Assembly (NCBI GenBank): GCA_030704615.1
Contig: CM060733.1
Coordinates: 9,672,001 to 9,736,000 of the forward strand
Direction of reading: 5' to 3'
Length of the DNA stretch: 64,000 nt
Origin: Takakia lepidozioides
Taxonomy: Eukaryota > Plantae > Bryophyta
Of this stretch, positions 11,169 to 25,000 are shown piece by piece. Every line of letters begins with the position of its first letter. Within the stretch, counting starts at the first letter, position 1. A model generated the notes under the pieces. The model had not been told where the DNA came from. It did not search any database and was given only the letters and a program-made list of their open reading frames with translations. The position numbers and the translations under genes were made by a program.

Positions 11169-14100
11169 ATGGAAATGGCAAGTCACACGCTCTCGTCGCC
11201 ACATTGCCTGACACGCATGTCGGTATGCACGACTGCCACCAGACCCACATCTTCATCTTCGGGATTCTACAGGAGGAGAACGGTTCGGTTGTCTTCTAGC
11301 TTCCTTGGAAGCAAAACTGTGCTGGAGAGTGACACAAAGTGTAAATTGGCGAGGGAGGTGGGGAGGTCAGTGTGGAATGCCAGTAAATTCTCGGGGGCTT
11401 CTTTCTCACAGTTCGGAAAGGACGCGGAACGTATCGCCGCCAAAGAAGCGCTCCTTCTCGCGGTCCTTTTTCGCTCTTTCTTTCAATCTCACATAATCAA
11501 TACAATCTTACGGTGGTTCATACTGGTTAAATGTAGGTCTGTCTGCTTAGCTTCTTTTCTGTAGAAAGGCTAGTGGATAAGAATTATGGTCAGTTCTTAT
11601 TCCTTCCAAATTTTTAGTACAAAATCATTAGCTGCTTGGAACAATTTGAATCGCGTTAGCTCACATGGAGAGTCCAACTTGTTTTTGCTCTAGTTGCATG
11701 GCTCTCACTAGAGTAAGCCTGTTAGAGTCTCTGCACGAATCCCTCACTGCGTTAGGAGCGCTTTGATGAACTGACTTTTTGTAGTGTTTGCAGATCGCAG
11801 ATGCTGGGGCTGTGGAGGCGCCCACGGCAAGAAAAGAGGACACTGCGGACCGAATTGCAGTTACTGAGAAATTGCTCAGCTTGGAGCGCTTAAATCCTAC
11901 CCCCCGGCCAACTACGTAAGTTCGCCTAAATTCCCTCTCTCTTTCACAAAGGTATGCACAGACAGCACACCTACACACCCACTGCAGGCAGCTGGAAACA
12001 ACCCTGAACCCTGTCTTTGGGTATGATTCTGAAGTTATTATTGGCTTCTGATCACTGATGGTGTCTTGTGTTATTCCTCCCAAGAAGCCCTCTTCTAAGA
12101 ATTGAACAGAGGGTCACTGCAGCTCTGCAGCTCTTCTATTGATTTTGGGAGGCTTTGTTTTGTTGTTCTCCATGTGATTTACTTTATATTGTTCTCTAGT
12201 AGTTTCACTGTTCAAAATCTTCTGAAATTAAGCCTTTTGTAACAATCCACAAATTGGGTAGAATGTACCAATAAGATATTAATTTGCAGTAACAAACTGG
12301 ATATAGTAGGAATTCAAAACATTATGAACAGTTTACTGGTCTGTGTTGATGGGCGTAATGGGTGGTTGGATCAGGTCACCATTGCTGGAAGGATTGTGGC
12401 ATTTCAAATGGTCAGGAGCCTGGATCCCCAGTGTGTTTGGTGCACAGCTGTTGGCACGGTACGGCCCTTCCCTCAGCTTTCCTCAGTCTATTCCAAGAAT
12501 GCAGTTAGAAATTGGGAGGTGGAGAGGATTTCGCTTGTCTTATCGCTCAGTTCCACAAACTGGTTGTAGACTCTACGTCAATGCTCCTTGTGGACACCGA
12601 CAGTAGACACTGACGACGCTGCTCTGGCCATGAAATTTAGGGGGATTCCTCCATCGTTGGCATCTATCAGCTCCTTAAATGTCCTCATTTTGGATGGGAT
12701 TGCAAAGGCAACAACAGGCCTCAAATTTCTGAACACGGTAAGTCTTCTCCTGATAGTCCCTTATGGTTCCAACTGGGGATTTATCCGGCAATGTCAAGCA
12801 GGTGTTTTGGAATTGCAGGACCCTGGTCCAACATGTAATCTTGATATATCACTTGGTTACAGAACCACATGTGAGATAACTGACTGCCCCCATCTTTGTG
12901 GAAACCAGGTGCTTTTGGACCTGCAGGACCCTAGTTCGACCTATAAGCTTCAAATGACTATTACCGTGTTACAGTTAATTCAAGCAAATACTTGGTGTTG
13001 AATTTTCACTCATATTTACAGTCTTGATCTTATATGAATTAGTTGGCAGCAGCCCAAATGTCACCCCAATGACTTTACTACACTAACGTATCTTTGTCGA
13101 TTACCAGGCAATGCCTCATGCCATACATTGCATTTCTTTCCTTTCCTCTTACCATGACTGTTTACCTGAAAGCTGAAAGGATATATCTTCTTGAGTTTCG
13201 TCTTTGAATGTGGATGTATGCTGGTATGTGACCTGCTTGGAGTTCAAGATGCTAACCTGCGGTTGGGCAAACAGATTGAGAGCAGCTTCACGTTGTCAAT
13301 AAAGCTCTCACCAGAAGGGCCCACCACTTTGAAGGAGGCATTTGTGGAAGGGGCCTTCTCGCCTCCCAGCGTGACGAATGGCAGAGTCCCCTCTCAGCTC
13401 AAGGATTTGTATGACCAACTGGTTGCCTCCATTGAGCGCCTGCCCAACCCTGTGAAGGATTTCCTCACCACTGGCATGAAAGTCCCAATTAGTATGTAAC
13501 ATACGCATATTCTGCTTTTTTGCTATTTTTCATGTCAGAGTTTTGAGCCACATGGTATAATTTCAAATCTCAACTCTCTCTCTCTCTCTGGTTGTCTCAA
13601 GGAAGTCCCACTAAATGTGCCCCTCACAAAGATAGGGTCTGTTCCCTCTTGTTCCGCCTAAACTGGGCGTGGGGTCTATGGCAAACGTCATCTTATGAGT
13701 ACATTCCTCTCTGGTCCTGCTCTGTGCAGATGTAAAGAATTTCTTTTTCTTTCTCGCTTATGGCACAAATAAAGCATGATACAAGAAAGAGAGTGGGGCC
13801 CTCAACAAGTAGTCCAAAAACATATAATCATGGAAAGATCCCCGTGGAAGTTATAGAGTTTCTTTCTCTCTCTCTCTGTTCCTTGTGTGGATGTAATAAA
13901 TTGCCTCTCTTCTTTTCTGGTCCATCAAGGATTTAAAGCATCGTTGACTTTCTCATGGACTTCATTGATTTTCTTCCCCTCCATCATCTCTTTCTCTTGC
14001 TATCTCTACTGTCATCATAGGTTGAGAGGGTCTCCATGGATGTAAAAATTCTTCATCTGCCACCTTTCCACTCACATTCCTGTAGAGAAACTGGTAGCAG

Positions 14101-14487
14101 TTCTGTCTTCTCATCCCTTTCTCTTGGAATTTTTATTCTGACAATCAGGTTCTTTTGAATGGGAATGATTGCTCACAGGAGGAAAAAATGAACGGCAACT
14201 TCTCATATCCTACTTGGATGATGAAGTGTTGGTGTGTAACTCTCTTTTTCCCCTTTTCCTTCCTTCTTACTTTGTGCTGCTGTCATTGTCATCTTCCAGC
14301 TGCTAAGAGTCCAACAGTCTTATGGGAGCCTATCACATACAGTCCTCTTCACAAAAAGAGTTTGTTTTGGGAGGGTGTTCAGATTGCAAGGGACGAATCA
14401 GGGGTGCCTGGTGTTCTGTACCGAATTGAACAAACCACCCCTATAAATGAGCCAGAGCCAGTGTCGGCCCCTGAATATGTGAGCTAG
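11169..14487 (+). CDS. FBN7: Fibrillin / plastid-lipid-associated protein, FBN7 (PGL34-like), 7 exons
   Basis: Exons 11169-11462, 11794-11915, 12375-12458, 12641-12737, 13275-13491, 14179-14231, 14383-14487, all GT-AG and in frame: Ser-rich transit peptide, EKLLSLERLNPTPRPTTSPLLEGLW, IESSFTLSIKLSPEGPTTLKEAFVEG, ISYLDDEVLIARDESGVPGVL, matching my recollection of PGL34/FBN7. Confidence 0.9.
13596..13706 (+). mobile_element. LINE 3'-end fragment in FBN7 intron 5
   Basis: TCTGTTCCCTCTTGTTCCGCCTAAACTGGGCG..GGCAAACGTC..TTATGAGTACA is a diverged match to the 3' end of the elements at 29787-30445 and 54765-55080. Confidence 0.7.
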
Positions 14488-16676
14488 TTATACTTGCTCA
14501 CTCTTCTTGATAACCATGGTATACCCCTTCACAGAGGTCTCTCAATAGGTATTATTTAGGCATGGCAATGGAGAACAAATAACTGTACATCACCTGATTA
14601 GATGCAGTTCAAAGTGCCTCCAGCACAGTAGGCTGAGCGCATAATCCATTATTATTATCGTCACACGAAAATATCCCTTGAAGGAATTTTAATTTCCAAC
14701 CATGAGGGTTGCGCATAGAACAATCTGGGATCCTTGTTGGACTCAATATCTGATCCCCCCCATAGGAGTGAGAATTGAAGACCTGAAATCCCCACAGATC
14801 ACTTTGCTGCCAACAAAAGGCACTTCCTTCAAGTTGCAAATATCAGAAGGGACTTGGGTGAAATCTCCATAAAATTGTTGTGCTGTTCTGGGTTTTGGCC
14901 TTTCGCAGCAACTGTCTAGCTTATGACCCTTTCCAATGTTAAGAGTGAAATAAATAGGTAAATGAGTGATATATTTGCCACCAATATCTCTGGAGGGTAT
15001 CTTTTATCTTCTTCAATCCCCCACGTTGCTGAAGAGGGAGGGATTTGAAGGACGGTGACCTTCATTATTGTGAATGGAACCCTTTTGGCAGGGGTCACTG
15101 TTCCTTTATGGACTATTCTGAGGGAACAAGTGGATCCTACTGTGCTTTTGTGTAGTTGTGTCATATCGCACTCCACAAGATTTGCAGGGGTCTCCCAGGG
15201 GACACGATATACATGGGTATTCACAGAGGGAGACTATCGAATTTACTGACCTCAGCAGAAAGAGGAGAAGCTGGTTTTGGCCCTCTGCAAGCTGACGGAT
15301 AGGCAGAGTTTGAGGTGTTGTGATTCAGATTCTTTGTATATTTTTTGGATAATCCATGGAAGAAGCAGTCTTTGGGGATCTCAGTCTCCAAACTTGTATT
15401 CTAGATCAAGGAAGTGTGAAGAACAGTTCTTGAAGCAACATTCAAGTGAACACTGGAATGGTACGTTGAGGACACTACACACGCAATGTTGTCTTCATTG
15501 TTCAAACACAGATATTTCTGTCTCAATTCTCCTTTTCTCCCTTGCCCACTGATAGAGTAAAGGAGACATAAACAAAAGCTCTGTAAAGCTTTATAAAAGA
15601 CCACAAATGAGGTTACTGTGCAACAGTTGACCGTCAAGAACCTGTAAGTGGAGAAATAAAACCCAATAAAGAAAGGGAAATGTAAAGACAACAAAGCCAA
15701 TCACACTGATCGAGCATACATATAATGGGATCCAGTTGTCGTTGTGCTGGTTGCATACATCTCTGAAGAAAGTGATCAGAAGGATAATCTATAATAACAC
15801 GTCCCCAGCTCGTCCCCGGGCGAAGTGAGGATAGAGCGCAGTAACTTACTAATGTCTTCTCGCCATTCCAGTCAAGTTACATTCGAGAAAGTTGGGAGGG
15901 AGTACACTGGTCGGGCACAACGGTATTTGCTGAAGATTTTGGGGGGTTTCCAGGAAAGTTACAAGAACCGCCCCATGCATTAAGAGGCAGTGGGTATCGC
16001 AACGCTTCCAGGTGTTCTGAAAGCCAGAATATACAATAATATCATTGTCAACTTTACTCCAGAATTCGATCAACATCTTCACATTATACATAGTTCACAA
16101 ACTGACTCCATACAGAATTCTGTGGATGGTAGCCATAGCTTTTATACCTCAGAACCGCAGACATGCGGCCCATTATATGCACGTCCATTACCGTGAGTGG
16201 GAAGTCCCACCCATACTTTGCAAGTTTAAAAAATCTACTCTCTATCTCGTGTCAAAACACAACTTTCTCTGTCGAGGAAGCAATTGTCCAGCTGCACGTT
16301 CGATCGATAAACACTACACCCGTAAGGAAAACGGATCAAACTGCGATGGTTATGGTGGTAGCTAGGATTTGGCTTTGCAGAAAGCCAGTGGGCAGTGGCA
16401 GAAATCTCCACCACCTTATCTCCGAGCCAACAAGTGACTGGAGCCGGCGACTTTGGAAAGCCCGAGTCTTGGCTTGATGATGCATGAATAAATAGGATTT
16501 GACTGTTGAGAAGTATACGGCAGCGGTATCTGTACATGCACTATGGACTATATGAGACAAGTGCTAATATTGCAGGTATGATCCTATGCCCACAGCCAGG
16601 GTATGTAAAACTAATCTAAAACTAACGGCAAGATAACGCTTCAAGCCCGCAAGATATGGCTGCCGGAATTCTTGGT

Positions 16677-18659
16677 TTAGATCGCCAATGCGAGGCTTTT
16701 ACCCTCTTGACCTTGCTCGGATGTCTGCTGCTTTAGTGCAGTAAGGCCAGCTTCCTTCAAAATTGTTGCGAGGCCTGCAACTGTTCCTGGCCTTTGAGAA
16801 GATCTTGGCTTTACTGCAGGGGGTTGCCATTCGACGTTGTCCATGGTAACATCAACGTCCGGATTGAGATCACTCCAAAAACCGCGCAACCTGTTAGCAC
16901 CACGAACAACTCCTTCCGGCTCCTCTTCTTCTAATCTCTTGCCATGGCCCTTGATTGACCTTGTAGATTCAATCCCATTCTTCATCTCTTTCATAACCGG
17001 CCTCGACTCGGTTTTCTGATACTCCGCCTCCATCTCGTGGGTAAACTTGGAGTCCCACCCTGTGCCCCTCACGGCAATGCAAGCAATGTCTACCCCAGGT
17101 GATGAATCTGCACTTCGTTTATGTTGCACTAGTTCATTTGTGGTCCGCCGATAAGAAGAAAACCATTTGGCCCGCATGTACTCAGGTTTCCGCCACGGTG
17201 GCAAGTGCATGCCTCTTTTCTTCAGCGAGCTCCTGACGGCATCCGACATGAGGTTCACAATCTGCTGTAGTCGATCACCTTTGCCCACAAACAATGTGGG
17301 TAGTTCTTGCACAACAGCATGATACTGTCGAGTGGGACGCGCAATCTCAAACTGAGCTCTGAAATCTGTATCTACTATTATCCTCTCCTTCCTGCCAGTC
17401 AATTGTTGGACCAGGATGACATCGATGTAATCATAGTCACCTGCGCATCCCAGGCGATCATCAATATCTATATCCACAGTTTATGCTTCTCAAGTTGTTA
17501 TGGCAACTTCGCCTACTACTGCACGGCGCTAGTTAGGTACAGCTCACACCAAGCTTCACTCCAGGATTGGCATCCTGCACACAACATCAGTAAAGCTCCC
17601 ACACACCGCAGACATAATTTAGCTATTGTCTGGATTGTGAATGTTCCTATTCAGGTGTTTTACGTCGACTGCATATGGATATAGATCTATACTGTATCCT
17701 CTTTCAAAGCTAACGATTGTTCTTGATCTGAAAGCTGCACACGTTCGATGATGCTGTGCATAAAAAAGGTATTCACCTCCGGCAAGTCCACCAGCATGGG
17801 CCCATCTTGACTTGCAAACAGCTGCATTGTATCCAGCTGCTCTCAGATGCTTCAGAACCGTCCGTTTCAGACAGCCGTTTATGCATTTGACACCTTCCTC
17901 TTTGCAGATCACATCCGCATCCTCCTTCACAGCCTGCACTGCCTTCGAAACTTCTGACAGCAAATTTCTCTCGCTCGGGTTGATGCATGAAGTCAAGCCC
18001 TGAAACATTGCATCATCACAAACGAGGTGATTCTATGCTCCAACTGTAGTGAGTGAAAGAGACGATCTCACGGAGTAATGCACTACTGTCTTAAGTACGA
18101 CAAACATCCAGAGACAGGGAATCTTTAATTTCACCTGCAAAACCGCACATAACTCTTCTCCAATGCTGGATTTGCTGTCCTCTTCGTCGTTGTTATAACA
18201 ACCTGTCCCATTGCACGTTCCAGTCGCGCAGTTGCAGCGCGCTCGCCCACACTTCCCGAGCTCCGTGTTATCCTCCATAAACTCGTGTACCATAGCTGCC
18301 AAACATACAGAGCTGGGTTCATGTTCACTCCCGCTGCTACTGTAATTACAGGCTTCTCTATCCGCCTCAAATCCATGATGGTAGCCATACAGCCTTGCCC
18401 TCACTATCTCCGGCAAAGGATCTGCGACTTGCTTAGGTCGGGCGGATTGCGGACACGCTTCAAGATGGGATGCCCGGAAAGCAGACGGCATATTGAGAGG
18501 AAGCACAAGAGCAGTACGTAGTTGTGTCAGAGGAGCGGGCGTCGCAGCTCTTTCCTCCCGCACTTTCTCTAATTTTGATGTTGTTACGGACTTACTGGAA
18601 TTCCCTCTGCTTGTCTTCGACGAAGACGCCAGAGGCCTGAGCGTGAGAAGACCGGGCAT
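16677..18659 (-). CDS. DUF506 (plant PD-(D/E)XK-like) family protein, 3 exons
   Basis: Exons 18659-18135, 17999-17777, 17440-16677: SSSGSEHEPSSVCLAAMVHEFME, LRAAGYNAAVCKSRW, GDYDYIDV, IIVDTDFRAQFEIARPT, SLKKRGMHLPPWRKPEYMRAKW, which are diagnostic DUF506 blocks. Confidence 0.93.
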
Positions 18660-19511
18660 TCTGGTATTCCTGAAGAGACCAGCAATCCAATGTTGTTCAA
18701 ACGAATCGGTGATCAATCAACACTTCCTGATCCCTCAAATGGGCGCCCGATCACGAGCGCCCAGTTACAGAGATACCATATTCTCTAAGACACGGATAAA
18801 AACGACTGTAGCTATAGGGAGCTTAGACTCTCATTCATATCGTCCTCTGCCAACTGTGCGCCAGAGCTCGTATCCCACTAGACAAACGATCTATCCCTTT
18901 TCTTCAGAAAGAAAGAAGGGACAATCCCATATGAGATTAAAAAAAAAAGATGTAGAGAGCTGTGTATAATCCAGAAACCGATCGACACGAGAGAGAGGAT
19001 TAAGACTCTTGAAACCGCAACTGCGACAGACAACCTCCCCAGCAAGGGGCGATCTTGGCCCAAAGACAATCACAAAAACCAAATTATCCTCTCCGATCTA
19101 GCGATCACCAAGGCACACAGCGCATGCTGAGAAATGGGTCGATCGTCCAGAGAGAGATGGAGAGAGAGAGAGCGAGAGAGGAAGAGAGAGAGAGAGAAGG
19201 ACTGAAGAGGTGCGAGGGCGAGGCCGTGTGATATACAAGGGGGCCGGGGGTTGCCCGGCAGGGATTTCAATTCCGGGTGTGGCGACGCGAAGCCGGCGCG
19301 GCCGTTCCTCGGGTTTCCGTACCCGATGAAAAAGCGGGCCGACGCCCTCGGCTGAGCTGGTTTCCTGGTCTCCGTGGCTCGCCGGCCGCCGTTTCCCGCC
19401 GGGCTACCCGTTGAGTAATCTACGCTATATAAAGAGTATAAACAGCTCCTTTTACCTTTTGTGTTCCATTTCAACGGACTTTTTGTACTTCCTACTGTAA
19501 ATGTTTCTGCA

Positions 19512-21202
19512 GCATATCCTGATTCCTCAGTACCAGGAATTCAATGAATATCCTTTTTCTCGGGAGCCAATTAATTTAATTTAATTCTTTTATCCAGTTA
19601 ACTCTGAAATTAGGCTGGCTAGTACCCACAGAGGAAAAGGAATTTCCTCAAAATATAAAACGAAAAAACAAAACGAACCCTAGTCATTTAAGACTGTAGC
19701 ACCTTCTTAGGTATCCTCTAGTGTTGGGCGGTTACCCGCCGGGACCCAGGTTAACCGTCGGTTCAGGTTCAGGTTAACCGGAACCGGGCCCATTCCTACA
19801 GAACCTGACCCGGAACCTGCCAATGGGGATCGGCGCAGAACCGAACCGGCGGTTCCTGTGAGAACCGGGGCGCATGGGGATAAAAACAGGTTCCGGTTCT
19901 TGACCCCTTGGTGGGGCTGGTTGGCCCAGGGCAAAACTTATTTAATGCTCTCAAGCTCATGAGATCCTGGGTTCAATGCTTGAAGGCCATGAGATTCTAT
20001 GTTCAATGCTTCAGCGCCATGAGATCTTGGGTTCAATCTCCAGCTCCATGATATCTTGGCTAAGTTCATTAATAAAATGTTTGAAGATGCCAATACTTGC
20101 CAGGTAGCTGAATAGTACTTTCAACCCATAAAATTTTACCCATTTTCTTCTACCAGTTTATTTAGAGTATTTTTGTTTGTTTTTTAACTAACAAAATCGT
20201 TGGATTTTAGTTCAAATATGTGAATACACTGCTATTTAATCTATCGGACTGATAAAATATTTTAAATATAATTAAATTAAACAAATATATTTTTAAAATA
20301 GAACCGGAACCTAACCGGGAGCTGATGGTTTTTATCAGCAACTAACCGGTAACCGGAACCACCCCCATGTTTAAAAGTTGGATCCGGAACTGGACCGGAA
20401 CCGGCTCAATAAAAAAAAACCGGAACCGGATCCGGAACCGTCTCTTGAAATAATTGTGGAACCGGAAACGAAGGTTCCTTCACAAATGCAAGAACCGCCC
20501 AACACTGGTATCCTCCGATGCAAATTACTAAAAATGACACACGGTTAAATGAAGTTGCATTTACTATGGTGACTCACAAATTGCCACCTGTACTCATATA
20601 CCTATATCCCCACCTGTATTATCACCGCACCCTTTTATCCAATACTGTGAACTGTCAGTCCCATCCAGACAACTCCAAGACAATCATTCCAAGAAAAAAG
20701 AAAAAAGAAAAATCATTCCATTCTCCTTTCTCTCCAATTATGAATAGAAAAACAAGGAAAAATAACCCGAGTGACCGTCATTATTCGCATATACCAACCA
20801 TATATATATATATATAATAAGTGGGAATATGCTGAGTATTGGTCTAGCATAGCCGCCATGTGGGATTGGCAGGGGTATATGATAAGGGCGGGGTGGGGAT
20901 ATGCTGCAGAGTGTGGGGAACACACAAGGCACAGGCATGGCCGGGTGGCACAGGGTTCCACACAAGCCTATTCACACACCCAACGTGCACCCCCTCCCAA
21001 ATTGGGGAGGGACCATGTGAAGTGGCGGGTGGGCCAGGCCCGGGCCCGCCGATCCACGATCAGAAATATTCTTTTGGATGCTTGGAACATTCTACCTCCA
21101 CCAATGTGGCTCGCAAGTGAAACAAAACTTACCCCCCCTTCGACAGATAGAAATTACCAGAGAGAGTGAGGGATAACATCAGGTGAGTCACATAGCATAT
21201 CC
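19512..21202. promoter_or_regulatory. Cluster of six P1BS (GNATATNC, PHR1-binding) elements upstream of DUF506
   Basis: GCATATCC 19512, GAATATCC 19546, GCATATAC 20787, GAATATGC 20825, GGATATGC 20897, GCATATCC 21195. Confidence 0.7.
19719..20507. mobile_element. Non-autonomous hAT element (MITE)
   Basis: TIR TAGTGTTGGGCGGTT...AACCGCCCAACACTG; perfect 8-bp TSD GTATCCTC (19711-19718, 20508-20515); AACCGG subterminal repeats. Confidence 0.92.
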
Positions 21203-21430
21203 CGGGCGGGCGGCCCGGGTTGGGGAGTCAGCGTTAGATCGGTCGGGAACGTGTTCGCCATGCCAGACACAGTCGTGGCAGAAGTACGCAAACCGCGCGG
21301 CACACGCGCGGTGTGAAATATGGGCAGCGCGGCAGGTGCCGGCTCATGCAGATGATGACATATAGAGTCATACGGCATGAGAGCATGGGGCATGTGGACA
21401 TGTGTGCTCATGAAGGGCCCACGATGAATC

Positions 21431-22000
21431 CACGTGGTCCAAGGATGAGATGGGGGCCGTCGATGAGACGGAGGATAGGACATGATGACCCCACTCTGCG
21501 CACATGACGTACCATCCGACGTGGTGACCTATCCTGTCGTGCACGTGTCCGTGCGCTGCTGTGCTTATCTGTCCGTGCGCTTATCAGCTGCCAGCTTTCA
21601 TCCATGACCGTTTTCAGCCAAGTCAGACTTTCATTCGTTGACTGTTATTGACTGACACGACTGTTATTCGGTGAGTGACGAGACTTCCGTCATCCATCGA
21701 TACTGTAGCGGGTGACCGGCCTGGCCGGGAGCAACGCAAGCAGGGTGAGTCGGCGACGGACCCGGCGACCGGTTGGCCCAGCACGTGCAATGCCACGTGG
21801 CAACCGGGGTCGGTGGCGGGGTGGATGATAGGGCAAGTGGAAGATCAGCACATCTGGTCGGGGCGTGTCGACGTATCACCGGACCATTTCTTGACTGCTT
21901 ATCTTGGTAGATTAGAACTTACCTTGACACAGCCAGTAGCTTTTTTACTGGTAGTATTCACGTGACTCACTCTGCTGGCATGGCGGATCGTATATAAAAA
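21431..22000 (+). promoter_or_regulatory. G-box/ABRE cluster followed by a TATA box
   Basis: CACGTG at 21431, 21542, 21782, 21794, 21959; TATATAAAAA at 21991-22000; the region is GC- and CpG-rich. Confidence 0.45.
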
Positions 22001-25000
22001 CAAAAAGAATGGATATCTGGAGCATCATCCCGCAAAAGGGGAAAGTGAGAGGGAAGAAGAATGATGAAACCCTGTAAAGCTTTATTTACAAACTGACATG
22101 AAGAAGATGGTCAAGAAGAGAGAGACTTATGTGGCAATTCATAATCTGAAGGCTGGTGGTGTATATCTGCATGCTATCATGCAACCAATGAGCTTCTATG
22201 GCATCAAATACGTACCAATTCTTTTCATTACTGCAGTCAGCCCAGTCGGAAGTTGAGAGAGGCTGGAAAGAAACAAGCAAAGATGAGAGAGATGAATGGT
22301 TATGGTGGAGGGGCGATGTAACTAGTGGGTGGAGCCCTTTGAGGGCTGGAGTTGCTCCATGTTTGAGCAGCAGAGTGAGCTCTAGGTTGGGCAAGCCACC
22401 ATCTTTGAGCAGCACAAGGAGCGCACTGGCAACGGTTCAAACAAGGAGCCTCCAGTCTTGGAGTGGACCATTTTGGAGGCGAGGAGCTGGCACTGATGGG
22501 GTTCGAAGTGGGGCTGCGAGATGGCCCCCACGTAGAGAGCGGACAAGCTCCGAGCGTGGCCTTGGCGGCTGTCACTCCATAACTGCTAACCGAATAACTT
22601 AAACTGGCGCTTGTGTGACTGGCCTGCCACTCTTGCAGGTGCTAACTGCAGCCATGGTCTTGCTGCTCCTCCTTTCTTTCAGTTTCTCTATATCCAAAAT
22701 CAAGGACTGTGGGCGCTTTCGCTGTTGAGATGTAACAACCTCTCCAAGTCGTTTGCCAACCTCCAAACTCCTTTTCAAACTCCTTTTTCTAGGGTGGAAA
22801 TTGCACCTAGGGAGGGTTAATATAACTATCCTCATTGTCATCACATGTATTGTTGTATTCAATGCAATGCCATGAAATTTCATTCATAAGAGATGACTCC
22901 AGTAACAAGAGCAGAGTGCAGTAAGAGTAACTGATAAGGGCACCCCAAGATGCATGTGCGGTACAGAGGCAGTAGAGTAGAACGCACTTATCTCTTGTAC
23001 ACTGTAGCGCTACAGCCCTGTCAGTGACTAGTGACCACCCATCTCCCTACCGAGTCAGTCATCACAGTACCTACGTATATCACTATCAAGATCCGTCCCT
23101 TAAAACCAGAAAAGAAAAAAATAATAGCTAGCAGTACAATTAGTAAATGAATTACTACCGTGCCCCAAATTAAATTTCATGTATTTATTTTATTTTTCAA
23201 ATTGGGTTTTATTCTATATGAGGTTCTCTCTGAAGAGTTCTTGAGCTCAAATCTTCTTACTTGAAGAAGGAAGAGCACGTGTAGGTATTCCAGGAAGGTG
23301 TTTTCAGTTGATATGAATGCTTAAGACCTGTCTCTTTACACACAACTCATCAGAATGATGATGTGAGTTGCCCTCTGAGGAATGTATCTTTGGGTGGAAA
23401 TGATAGAATTAGAGGTTGATCTTCATGTACATCAGATACTTATAATGTCTACATTCATGGATAGGTGTTTTTCCCTTGTGATATATCTTTCATGTACTTG
23501 TTAGTACCAGATTTATTTTTATTATTTTTATTTTTATTACAAAAGAAAAAAATATGGGTATTGTTATATGGCTGACTGATGAGGTGGGTTTTTGTTCAAG
23601 AGGTCTAGATCTCAAATCTTGTCAATCATTCTCTTGAGCAGGGTAATCTATTTTGTTTTCTTTTATACGTTTTTAATCCCTTTGTAGCCGACCTGGAGGA
23701 AAAGCATCCAAGCAAAACCCATGTGTTTGGCATGTGTACTAATTACCCACATGCTGTTAGTACTAACGAATGATGGAAGTCACAGTGTGAATGAAGTGGA
23801 ATGATGGAGGAATGAGAGGTTGAGGGGATTTGCTCACTGCAACTGGATACAAACTCACTCAAGCCCGGCTTTCATCTCTTACAAAATCTCATCAAATCCT
23901 TCACTTCATTGGCCCCAGCTGTCTGTTCCATTTCAGGCTCTGTCAAGAATGTTGTTAAGAATAAGAAATAAAAAGAATGTTGCATATGTAAAGCTCCAAC
24001 ACATCTATCCATCTCGCATAGATTTGTGTCACCCAAAAACAGTTCAGAGGCTGAGCTTCTGGACGATAACCCCGCACCGGTTTTTTCTGAGTGCGCATAT
24101 TAGTCATTGATAAAACACCCTAATCCGTGCTAAGTTGCTAACTACAACAAGTTTCCATTTTGCCCACAAAGATATGAAGTTAGATAAACAACTTGACCGT
24201 ATTTTGACCCTTGGGTCCTCCAGGCCCACCAGCGACCTAATCTAGTGAATGTAAAAACACACTGTTCACCATGGTGAAACTATGTTGGATTTCAAGTTGA
24301 CCCAATCCTGACCAGGTACAATGTACCTCATGGCCAAAGCCTATTCTAACCTAAAACTGAAAGAGTGACTTGGCCCAGGTTCATTGAATCTGAATGAGGT
24401 GCATCCCCCCTGGAGAGATGGGATGTCTATAATTCAGCAAATGTGAGTGATGTATTAAAAGGGAAAGTGTTACTTGAAACTTGTGTAACTAATATCTGCT
24501 AATATGTAGGTGCATGCATGTGGAAAAATGGGAATATGTGTTTCCCCTACTTACGGACTCACTCACACATTCCAAAAGTGTTGGGGACTAATTCACTTGG
24601 TGAAGGTTTTCCTTGTTAACCCATGTGCAGTTGTAGGCCCCATTGCTTTCCATAGAATGGATGTGGGTGGCAGGCTCATTTTGCTGTTACTCAGAACAGC
24701 ATCTTATGATAGAACTTTGACTCATAGTGATGACTACTGGGAGTTAAGAGGAACTTAATGGCCTCTGTACCTACTGTCAAGCTGTGTGTGTGATTGATCC
24801 CTTTAAGCATCATTCGTACAGCCTTAGTCTGGATATACCCGTGACATCTACCTAATGATGTCAGCAGGGGATGCAGCAACTAGACGATGAATTCATCCAT
24901 TGACTAGGAGGAAGAAGGCAGCAGTCAGATCTACTGGGTCCCATAGACTGGCATCAGCAAGGTGGAAACACTGGAAACTTCACCAGTAGGCTTATAAGCA

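Noticed and set aside
22330-22352. Resemblance to miR477 on the minus strand
   Set aside because: Several mismatches and only a tiny local hairpin; no precursor stem.
22198-22602. 134-aa plus-strand ORF after the TATA box
   Set aside because: No motif or homology recognised; consistent with a chance ORF in GC-rich DNA.
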